From Ophelia neglecta (lineage: Eukaryota): 64,000 nucleotides of DNA. Below the pieces are notes generated by a model, which saw only the letters and a program-made list of their open reading frames with translations, was not told the DNA's origin and did not search any database. Location: NCBI GenBank assembly GCA_965285935.1, contig OZ260662.1, positions 90,644,001-90,708,000 of the forward strand, given 5' to 3'. This document shows, one piece after another, positions 53,515 through 64,000 of this stretch; position 1 is the first letter of the stretch; each line of letters opens with the position of its first letter. A program made the position numbers and the translations under genes.

Positions 53515-56500
53515 AAAAATAGTCTGTACCAGTTGGACCAAATAAACGCTTTGTCATTGTCATATCAAGAACAAAGCGGCCCGGCCGAATCCAGGTATAT
53601 GATCTGTTACGTATAGGAAAAATAGAGCCAAAGTCTGCAAGCATCAGCCGACCAAACCTGACATGTAGATGGGAAGTAAACTTCGTTTTCATGACTGTTC
53701 CCTGGATCATTTAATGTCTTCACATAAGTGTGAGTGCAAACTCTGCACATCTCAGGGGTAGTATAGCTATGTGTCTAAACTCACATGTTACTCGACAATC
53801 TCATTAAGCCTGTCCTCTCTTACTTATCATGACACTAACAGATAACCAGGCTCCCCACAGATGTTGTTTTAATGGCAAATCATAATAAGCCTCCTTTGCA
53901 GTTATGTTCAGTTGATTAGATAATTATTTCCATTAGCGAATTACCGCTTGGCGCTGACGAATTATTGAAATCTCCCTCATGCAAAAACGGCTCAGCTCGT
54001 CTGCAAACTGTGATAAGAGGCGAGCAGGGAACGACGGCTAAAAGCTGGAGTAATGAGATTATTGTGAAAAGGAGGTAATGTTGTCAAATTGTATTATATC
54101 AAGCTCATGTGGATGATAATCTTCGCAGATGTTTCGCTCGAGAAACCCAAGAAGGATGTGGAAAGGCAGACCTTGGGAGCCATCTTTGTCGGATTCTCTA
54201 TATCTGTATGCCCTATACCACATACGACAAGAAATACGAAATGCAGCTGTCTTGTAATCATCAGCGTTATTTACAACATCCAATTATTGTTTTCAATACA
54301 CCTAAAACAGGATTATTTGACTATATCGGTGATTCTTGGTGAATTAATCACGATTACTTTGACCTTGTCCGATAAAAACTTGCCGGGCAATCTAGCCCTT
54401 CTTTGTTTTGATTTTCAATACGCCCTGAATGTATTTTAAATCCATACCATGTAGATGGCGACTTGCTAAACTGGTATTATTTTGTTCATATTACTGTTCC
54501 GAAGCGTCTTTTATTTTAACACTGAATGCGTTCCTTTTAGCAATAGGACGCCTCACTTAAATAATCCTGTTAAGTTACTATTCAGCCTGTGTTTCTTGGC
54601 GGGTGTTGCGGACCAACATTGATGAGTTATATATTAAGCACATTTACCTTATACGTATATTTGGAGACGCGAATCAGTCCCTAATTGGTACCATTTGCAG
54701 AAATATTACAAATATCTGGCCACAGTCGGTCTACTGCATTGCTTCACATTTCATTGTGTTCTCACGGAGAATTGTAAAAACCTGGTAAGGGCTTCTTGCA
54801 TGCATCTGCTGTAGTTAAAAAGGATATAGCAGGAGCATGCTTTTCTTTTGCTCTTTGTTCTGCTTTGTGCATTTTATTTAAGCCGATGCCCTATGTATAA
54901 TAGGGACTTAATTTTTCTAATCAATATTTGATTGTCGCAAATGGTACAATTACATTCAAAATGTTTTTTTGTTTTGCAATAAAGAAAATCAAACATCTGC
55001 AATGAGAGAGTAAATAACTGTCTTAAGCTAATTCATATTCAAATAACATTGGATAATGTCATTGTGTTTAATTTGCGAATTGTAAACTTAATGTATGAAT
55101 TGATTAATCAAATCCTAGTATTTTATCACTCTCTTTTTTCCATCGTGGGTGACTTTGGCACACTGCAGGTAGGCAGACAAAGTGGACCTATGTCTCTTTC
55201 ATCATTACCAATAGAGCAATTTTCCTTATTAATTTATATTTCCTTTCTGATAAAGCAATTCCTGTTGCGTGATTGTAGCGTGATCTGGCATATCTGGGGA
55301 TATTGTGCGCTCTAAATTGACCACAATATACACTCTCTATGCCGGTAATTGAAATCAATCATAAAACCTCCATCATATTATCTTTCTCAAGCGCATTTAT
55401 TTGTTGAGGTAACAGAATATTGTCGCTGGTATTGTATATTTTCGTTTTATCTCTAAGTTCTCTGGACACAGAGCTGGGGTATCATGATCAATTGACTTGT
55501 AATTAATATTTATAATTTCCAATCGATTAATTTCACCCTTGTTGTGTTCAAATTGGCTGAAGATTCCAGTTATCCTGAGTAGCGTCGTCAAGGAAACCCT
55601 CAGTAAGAGGGCTAGTTTTTCTTTTCTGTTAAAGGGCAATATATGATCAAAAGAAACAAGTCTTACTCATAAAAATTACTTTTGACGATGTCGACCTTAG
55701 AGATGAAGACTACCATTAAATTCCCTGGTATTGCTCGGGCACGCTTGATTGGATTTCTTTAGCGGCAGTGTTTAACCATGCATGCCTAGTTTTCCACTAA
55801 TGGGAGCACCAAATCTTTTTTGTACTCGCCCATGTATCCTCGACATTATCATTGAACTTCCTGAACAAATAGAAAATTCCACGTCCTCGGCGCAACTGTA
55901 GCCAAGCGATTAATACACGGCATAAAAATCAATTTGTCAATTGGTTAAATCAATAAATCTATTAAAAGGAGGAATAATAACTAGCCAGGCTTTCGGGTAA
56001 AAGTTTAGATAATTGGGTATCATAAAAGATAGCTAATTATAGACTGGTTTGTATTAATGGCGGCTTGTATCTGCAGCTAAGCTATCAACTATGATGGCAA
56101 TAGTAGTCTGATACGATAGAACTGGCTTATCCAGGGACCGGAAGAGCGAATAATGGCAGTTTTAAAATGTGCAGTATTGGGGGGGGGGGGGTGCTTCAAA
56201 AGCGCTGCTAGGGGCGTCAACGACTCGAGCAGGACCTCGAATTAATTGTCAAATGCGGTCGATGTGTGCTACCAACACGGCATTTATCACGTCACCACGC
56301 CACGAGAGGGCGTGTGTAAATTATGACGCGCCAAGAAACACGCCAGGAAGTCGTGTGATGCTAATCAAGCTCACACAGAAGAAAGATAAAGTAAGGACAG
56401 AGAATATAACAAAGGAGATGACTTTTAACCCGTAATTTATACCATCTTATAGTATGCAATAGAACAAACAGGTATTATGTGGATTAGTTAGTGCATTTGA

Positions 56501-58729
56501 TGTTGCGGGCGATATGGATGAAAAACCAGTCGACTTGACACTACAAAGAAACTCTGCCTCTCAAAGGCTGATGTACTTGAGTACACACGTGTAATTAGAG
56601 ATTCCAGCTACCCGATACCCACCGGAGCAAAATCTGTCCTTCCGCCTCGAGGCACAATTCACCCGATACTGCCTCAAACTTATAAGACAATGGCATGATT
56701 TAAACGAGCTATTGTTTCCTTTTAGAGTGGATATTACAAGGAAAAACTTGAAAGTTGTTTTTGTTTGAAGCCTTATAGAATGAGATTAGAATTATGCCAC
56801 TAAGCGGATCAGCTGCGTGGCACAAAGGCAGACGACATGCTGTCGTCTTTTAGAGTTGGTGGTTTGTTGCTCTCGTCGTCTGCCCGCGCTTGCCTTAGAA
56901 CCCAGAGAACTGCTCACAATTACATTCACAGTACATTTGATCTTCTTTTGTGCAGTGAGATGAAGGAAAAGAAAACAATGACACACAATAACATATTTAT
57001 ATTTTTTCTTCTATTTCCCAAAGCATATACGAATACGTAAACATGTTTACCATGTATACATGAGGACTATTGTAAGCTATTGTATGTGATTTTGTCTAAA
57101 TGTGAACCAGTAAAAGTCTTTAACCATTGTATTTCTGAAAGTCACATGTCGGTGATTTTGTATCGCATATATTGAATGCAGCCAGGTGCAAACTATTAAT
57201 ATAGTAGGCAGATACTCATTTCCTAAAAGGCGAATCACGCTCAGAGGGAATATGCCCAAAAGAGCTTTATGCCGAGGCCCCAGGTCGATGGAAATACTGC
57301 AGTTTGGGTCATATTCCCGAGGGAACCATAATTCACCATGTTTCCTAAAATACGGCAGGCAGCAATTGTTTGATTACATACCCAGTATGTTTTTTTAGAG
57401 TCATAATATTAGCTGACTGATGTATCATCACTATTTAATGTGTTAGTTATGATGACATAAAAGTGTCAATTCTATGCTTATAGGCCTTGTTTGTTCTAAT
57501 GTAAGCATTTATAGTTTTCCAACTTTTAAAACAGGAGGATGTTCCCCTTGAATAATCATGAATACATTATTACAATAGGCCCCCTTCATTCAGAGGGTGA
57601 AAGGAATTGATATGATTTGATCGGCCGGGTCCGGGCTGACAGTCGTGTCTCCAAGCGGCTCTCCGGTGTTTTGACCGTGGTTATATACGGCCTAAGGCTG
57701 TGCATGGCTATACTGCGTGGCAACCTCGGTTTAGAGCAGGGGCCCTTCCGTAATATTTCAATATGTCGTCGGGTAGTAACAAATCTCCTTAGTGCGTGTT
57801 TTTCTTCATAATTGAGTGTTAAACTTCATAATTACAAAATGATACTTTATTTAAATAGCCAATCAGCAAATTTTAATCGCCAGGATTCACCAATTCAGTA
57901 TAAATCAACAAGTTAACAAACACGTGGTTGAAGCCTCCAATTAGTCCATGCTTCATAAAAGTTATCTTCAAAAACTCATGTTATTCAACATAGGAGGTGT
58001 GTCTTGACAGCGAGTGTGAGCGATATAAATAAACCAATAAACAAATCAGTGAGTGGTCACAGGATGGAGGTTTTGACACGTCGATATCGGCCTACCTCCA
58101 TCCAAATGAGTTGTAATAATCACTCAAATCACGCTTTATTTACTCCTGGTTGTATAACAAAAAGGGCATGTCTATATTCAAATGATTACGTTTTAGATCA
58201 TAAAACGATCGTAAGTGCCTATAGAGTACGTATGGATACGATATGACACACGCAATGCCTATTTATGGGTATACTACGTCATCGTGTCTTGGCGTCTTGT
58301 GTCTGTGCTGGTTATCCCACATGCCACTCGCAATTTGGAGGCAGTGATACTGGGGATGAGTTTTAATTTATTTCATTAGAAAACACGATTTATCATGATT
58401 TTCCACCTAGAGGGAGATCGCCTCGGCTGTGTGCATCTCTCAGACTTAATGCCATCAGCTTCGTAGCTCTCGTTCATGACGCATGAAGACTACCATCTAT
58501 TACAAGACGGCCTTGTTGCACGTCCACAAGACAAATGGCATTCCAATAACATGCTTATTGAATTTTTCCCCTGTACGACGCGCTTTATGTAACCGTTCAC
58601 ACCCCTGTCGGTAATAAGGACTAATGTCCCCGGTTAGTACGTGTTGAAAGGTAGCTGTCGTCCATCTAAAACCGGATATTGATTGAAGATCGCCAGGGGA
58701 TTACGCTAAAATCTCACCTTTCAACAGCA

Positions 58730-60110
58730 TTGCCGCCTGATTCATGTCTCATTGCCGTCTACCCATGATTCCTGTCTATATTGTCGTCTACTCATGATTA
58801 CTCTCCATATTACTGCCTACCCATGATTCCTGTCTTCATTGCCGTCTACCCATGATTCCTGTCTTCATTGCCACCTTCCAATGATTCGTGTCTTCATTGC
58901 TGTCTACCCATGATTCCTATCTTCATTGCCACCTTCCCATGATTCCTGTTGTCATTTCCGTCTACCCATGATTCCTGTCTTCATTGCCACCTTCCCATGA
59001 TTCGTGTCTTCATTGCTGTCTACCCATGATTCCTGTCTTCATTGCCACCTTCCCATGATTCCTGTTGTCATTTCCGTCTACCCATGATTCCTGTCTTCAT
59101 TGCCACCTTCCCTTGATTCGTGTCTTCATTGCTGTCTACCCATGATTCCTATCTTCATTGCCACCTTCCCATGATTCCTGTTGTCATTTCCGTCTACCCA
59201 TGATTCCTGTCTTCATTGCCACCTTCCCATGATTCGTGTCTTCATTGCTGTCTACCCATGATTCCGGTCTTCATTGCCGCCTGCCCATGATTCCGGCCTT
59301 CACTGCCGTCAATCCTTGATTCCTGTCTTCATTGCCGTCAATCCTTGATTCCTGTCTTCACTGCCGTCAATCATTGATTCCTGTCTTCATTGCCACCTTC
59401 CCATGCTTCCTGTTGTCATTTCCGCCTACCCATGATTCCTGTCTTTATTGCCGTCCTCTCATGATGCCTGTCTTCATTGCCACCTGCCCTTGATTCCTGT
59501 CTTCGTTGCCGCCTGCCCATGATTCCGGTCTTCATTGCCGCCTGCCCATGATTCCGGTCTTCACTGCCGTCAATCCTTGATTCCTGTCTTCATTGCCGTC
59601 AATCATTGATTCCTGTCTTCATTGCCACCTTCCCATGATTCGTGTCTTCATTGCTGTCTACCCATGATTCCGGTCTTCATTGCCGCCTGCCCATGATTCC
59701 GGTCTACACTGCCGTCAATCCTTGATTCCTGTCTTCATTGCCGTCAATCATTGATTCCTGTCTTCATTGCCACCTTCCCATGATTCGTGTCTTCATTGCT
59801 GTCTACCCATGATTCCGGTCTTCATTGCCGCCTGCCCATGATTCCGGCCTTCACTGCCGTCAATCCTTGATTCCTGTCTTCATTGCCGTCAATCATTGAT
59901 TCCTGTCTTCATTGCCACCTTCCCATGCTTCCTGTTGTCATTGCCGTCTACCCATGATTCCTGTCTTTATTGCCGTCCTCTCATGATGCCTGACTTCGTT
60001 GCGGCCTGCCTTTGATTCCGGTCTTCATTGCCGCCTGCCCTTGATTCCTGTCTTCATTACCGCCTGCTCATCATTCCTGTTTTCATAGTGTCTACTCGGT
60101 TCATGATTTC
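58730..60110. repeat. 29-bp minisatellite, about 46-47 units, with higher-order periodicity
   Basis: Unit CCATGATTCCTGTCTTCATTGCCGTCTAC (period 29; CCCATG at 58820 and 58849); diagnostic variants recur at 116, 145 and 522 bp. Confidence 0.97.
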
Positions 60111-60689
60111 TGTCTCCCGGTTTGCCTCCAAATACAATCAGTACATTCCCCGATGGCGGAATGTGGCCGATTTGAAATCTGCGATATGGTGGAGAACAGG
60201 TTTTATTCAATCCAATTTAGATTTCATAAGGATTTATTGACTTCACACAACATATACGTGCACAACAGTTAATATTCTTTTCAATAAAACAGAATAACTT
60301 ATTTGAAAAACAACTTAACAATCAAGCAACATGTGTAAAGACAAGGAGAACAGGACACATATATGTCCTCTAAATAGAGAAACTCAACAACAGATTGCGC
60401 AGGTGCAGCTACTGACAGGATGCTTACAATATAAACAACAATGTCAACATAACAGAACAGCGCCATATCAGCCCTCGTACAAGAGTCACTTAGAAAGTTC
60501 CAGCAAAATCACACCATATAAATTATGTGAATAAATTTCCCTCTCGGCCCCCATTATGTAGTAATAAAATGCTCAGGCAGTGAAAAAAGATTATAGATAC
60601 TCTTTGATAATTGTCTTTAATCTGTAGAGGCTATAAAAAAGGAACAATAATAGCATAGATTTGAATTTTTTTTAAACACCTGTATATCT

Positions 60690-60820
60690 GACAGCTCTGT
60701 ATGAATACTAATTTTAACTTTGCCTTAGATAAGCCTACGCGTAAGTTAATCTTCTGTCTAATATTGTAAGAATGGATGTCTGAATTGCATATAAACTTCT
60801 CAGGTAGCACTTCTAGGTTG
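60690..60820 (-). mobile_element. LINE (CR1/L2-clade-like) ORF2 C-terminal remnant
   Basis: Translates as LEVLPEKFICNSDIHSYNIRQKINLRV, resembling the F..N..IH.YNTR motif after the RT domain in these LINEs. A possible 3'UTR/tail follows toward about 60200 (AATAAA on the minus strand). Confidence 0.55.
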
Positions 60821-61575
60821 ATATTTAAACATGAATACTGACACCAAATAATTATAATTATAATGACATTGCACAAAAGAAGTGCCTTCAACTTTTAGAA
60901 CTATCAAACAGTATTTCCGAGTTTCCTGACACATGATACAATGCGAACTGCTATTTTTATAAATTTAAATAGTTTTTATTAATTTAATTAATAGAGAGCA
61001 CTTTTAATCGTAAAACACCTCCTGCGTGATATCAGTTAAAATGTCACTTCATAATATTATATATCAAAATGAAAAAATAAACGGTGTGCTTCAAAAGAAA
61101 AGCAAACGGACATTTTAAGATAAATAATGCAATGACTAATGCTGCTGTTCCATCGGGTCTTACACTTGTTTTCCGGAGCCGATCGCCTTGCGATGGTTCA
61201 GTCGTTTTAGGTAAAATTCAGCGAGAGCTGGGGCCTGATTGAGGTGAGGTCAGATCCCCCCCCCCCTCCGCACACACACACAACCTAGGCAACCTCACAT
61301 CTTGATGGGAGATAAGGCTATAACACAAAGTATGCTCTCCATCAAATCCCTCCGTTATACACTTTGTATCTTCACTTCTGTCGTTAATCAGTCGGTGAAA
61401 ACTTCCACGTGGGAAAGACTCGGATTTGGTTACTTTTTATAATGATAATAATGTTGTCACAGTTTATTTATGACGACAAAATGGGCACCTTTCCTTTTTC
61501 ATTCGCCCGAAGGAGTTAAATGACCCAATTCCTATATCTATAATGCTATTGATACGTTATTTTCTATTGGTTTAG

Positions 61576-61857
61576 GCGGAATCTATTGCGAGTTCGAAAC
61601 ATTTCAAGCACAGTGCCCGGATGATCACGTGATAGTCATGAAGCGAGCCCTCTTTGGCCGAATGGAGTTAGGACGCTGTGTTGTTGCTGACCTTGGTTAT
61701 GTCGGCTGCTCCTCAAATGTCCTTGACCTTGCCGACCAACGCTGCTCCGGTAAACGACAGTGCAGCATCGCAATGCCGGACAAGAAATTTTCTGCACGGC
61801 AGCCCTGTTTAACCGAACTGAAATCCTATTTGGAGGCTTCTTATTTATGTCAAAAAG
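61576..61857 (+). CDS. Gene 2 SUEL-type lectin exon
   Basis: tggtttag acceptor, G|GTGAAA donor, 282 nt like gene 1 exon 2. GIYCEFETFQAQC...ALFGRMELGRC...QPCLTELKSYLEASYLCQK; 59/91 identical to gene 1 by manual alignment; all 8 Cys conserved. Confidence 0.93.
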
Positions 61858-63698
61858 GTGAAATTAAAACTCTTTTATTGATCGGACCTAATCAATTTTA
61901 CGATGATTCATCATGTAATGTTATCGCGGGCAGATAATTTGGACTGTTTAGTTTACCTAAAATGTCCGCTTTTTTGATTGGACAATGAGGTCAGATTTGA
62001 CCACTTTAATCGGACTCAGGTGTGCAATAATACAGCTTTTTACCTATAAAATGATGACGTTATTTCAGTGACGGCCGTGGAGTCTCGGACGTGTCGGCGG
62101 TGTGATTTTGTTAAGGTGACCAGTGACGAAGGTTACATAGCTAGTGTCCTCACCGAGGAGAGTGGCTGTGGCTCCCCAGACTGCCCTTGGCTCGTACAGG
62201 TAAAATATTATTTAAACGCAAGGAACTTGTTAAATTAAAAACACTGACTTATATATGTTACATATATCTGTAGTTGATATGTTATACTTACATGTCTATT
62301 TAATACGCATATAGTATATCGGTGGCCATGACTTTTAAAATTGTGTAATTATTATTTAAATGTTTGGCGGGTCCTAACTACGTATACTGTGAAGGCATAT
62401 TTTCAAAAATTACCGTGTTGGATAAAGTTCGAGCTATGTTAAGGTTGCCTAGCTGGGGTTTCTTTTAAGCTCAAAATCTCTCCATGTTCCAAATACCTAA
62501 TCGTTTAAACAGAGCTGCTAGATGTTTCACTGGCAATTTTGAATTCATTTGGTACCAATGCATGATCTGCTGCGAACACTGTTTGAATGATCCTCCAGTT
62601 GTTCAATGAGTATCTGTGTCATGTACTTAATAATGTTCACCTTTAAATGCCGGCACGGACACAACACGAATATGTTCGCTAACGACTGCATCAATATAAG
62701 GATCATCATTATTCAACTATTACATGAGGGGTTTACAAAACCTGATTGGGAAAAGGCGCTTTTTTCTTGGCGAGACTTTGAGATAATCGTTTCTTATCCA
62801 ATACCTCGCCTTAATTATGGAATAAACCCCAAGGGAAATTTGTTAGAATGGATCTTCATCTGCATTAAAGAAATTTCTCAAGTCTTGTCTTCTGCAAGTC
62901 ATTTTGTACTACTGGCATTATTTAATGGCGTGGTGCATTTGTTTAGTCAAATTTTCTTAATTGTGATATAGCAGCATCGTGTTTCAAAGTGTGCTTACGA
63001 ACGAGAATAGTATATGCCAATGTATATGTCGAGGGTTTGTTATCCTGTGCTGTTCTGAATTCATCCGTCAAGGAAGGTTGTAAAATTACAGGAGAATTGA
63101 GTATTTCATATATCAATGTAATCCAAAAATTATATGGGCTTTCGACTTTTTGTTGCTGGAAAGTATTCATGCATACATTCTTTATATTTTCAATCAGGTA
63201 CACCCAGGACAGAGGATAAACTTAACGCTGGTAAATTTTGGTTGGAGCCAGGATATGGCGTCTCCGCAAATAGCAAATGGAGAGACAGAAGGGTGCCGGG
63301 TGTATGGTACAATAAAGGTAGATATCATAAAACAAGTATCTGTTAGTATGTAATCGATATACTACTTCACATTGTAGACGGACTATTATAAAGTAGTATC
63401 TGTAAAGTAAGAGCTTTAAGTGAATGCGACATCGACATTTTCTTAATTTTATTATAGGTCACTCATTCATGGAGACTTCCCAGTGCCTGCATTCTTTGAG
63501 ATTATTGGTACTTAATCATAATTTGAATAATTGTCTTTATGATCTTTCAGGAAGAGACTGCTATTCGTAGTAAAACCGTGTGTAGTGGTAAAGCTCGGGA
63601 GCAGCATGTGTACACATCGCTCACGAACACCGTGGAGCTTCGAATTGTAGGCCAAGGTGCTAACGAGGAGTCTCCACATTTCCTATTCAGATATGAAG
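61576..63698 (+). CDS. Gene 2 (partial), paralogue of gene 1: SUEL-type lectin + CUB-like; first exon not located, 3' exons not found in window
   Basis: Four exons (61576-61857, 62069-62199, 63198-63317, 63551-63698) splice in frame with GT-AG sites and align to gene 1 exons 2-3. Confidence 0.88.
62069..62199 (+). CDS. Gene 2 CUB-like exon a (not in ORF track)
   Basis: tatttcag acceptor, CAG|GTAAAA donor. VTAVESRTCRRCDFVKVTSDEGYIASVLTEESGCGSPDCPWLVQ aligns to gene 1 VLPVDSDVCRRSKFLKVNAQQGYIASVTAQETWCGGSDTPWLIE. Confidence 0.9.
63198..63317 (+). CDS. Gene 2 CUB-like exon b
   Basis: ttttcaatcag acceptor, AAG|GTAGAT donor, phase 0-0. VHPGQRINLTLVNFG...CRVYGTIK aligns to ALPGQRINITLLDFG...CQKYAVIK. 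Confidence 0.9.
63551..63698 (+). CDS. Gene 2 CUB-like exon c
   Basis: atctttcag acceptor, G|GTACAA donor. EETAIRSKTVCSGKAREQHVYTSLTNTVELRI...HFLFRYE aligns to EQTRNTVVCGGRHRYHHEYISNSNVLEIQI...FFLLKYE, with the same terminal phase-1 intron position. Confidence 0.88.
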
Positions 63699-64000
63699 GT
63701 ACAACAATATCACTGGATAAAAAACATTTCGTTTAATTCGGGGTTTTGCTCCAATAATCCGCGGCCTGGCTTTTACCAGGAAGATTGAAAGCTTTTCCAT
63801 AGTCCGCCTCTCAGTATGGGCTGCGAGCAGCGGAAGTGTAAATTTCTATCGTGTTTGAATCGGGGTCGCGGCAAATTGCCATGTTGTGAAAGGGGTTTGT
63901 TTACAGCTGAAGTAAGGTAACTCGCAGATATGGGTGGCTCCCCTGGCGGCCAGAATGAGGTCAATGCCAAAGTTCGCAGACGCCGAGAACACCTCACACT

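Noticed and set aside
53222-53710. 162-aa minus-strand ORF
   Set aside because: Overlaps a GC-rich probable transposon remnant; no recognisable domain.
56837-56954. Alternative candidate first exon of gene 2 (MLSSFRVGGLLLSSSARA..., phase-1 donor A|GTGAGA)
   Set aside because: Hydrophobic core too short for a convincing signal peptide.
58730-60110. CRISPR-like array or repetitive coding sequence
   Set aside because: Units are contiguous with no unique spacers and no cas genes; the 29-bp period is not a multiple of 3 and there is no long ORF.
63790-63920. Possible Sushi-like exon of gene 2 (..MGCEQRKC..)
   Set aside because: No phase-1 acceptor yields a frame resembling gene 1 exon 4; the real exon is probably beyond the window.

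Overview
Eukaryotic, AT-rich, intron-containing invertebrate genomic DNA, probably lophotrochozoan/annelid-like (inferred from gene family and repeat types). It has two assembly gaps and no prokaryotic, CRISPR, rRNA or tRNA features. The main content is two tandem, same-strand paralogues of an uncharacterised single-pass receptor family. Gene 1 can be spliced by hand with GT-AG sites and matching phases: 10394-10478, 26000-26281, 27743-28141, 28355-28507, 28734-28787, 29015-29096, 29307-29673. This gives 1422 nt and 473 aa: signal peptide, SUEL/rhamnose-binding-type lectin, CUB-like, Sushi-like, stalk, TM and a Tyr-rich tail with a 7-residue YxxP-type repeat. Gene 2 (61576 to beyond 63698) shows the lectin exon and a CUB-like domain split by two introns that gene 1 lacks; its first exon was not located and its remaining 3' exons were not found in the window. 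The rest is intron or intergenic DNA with two MITE families (one with 5-bp TSDs, one TA-flanked Tc1/mariner-like), LINE remnants, a 29-bp minisatellite with higher-order structure and many poly-G/C runs.
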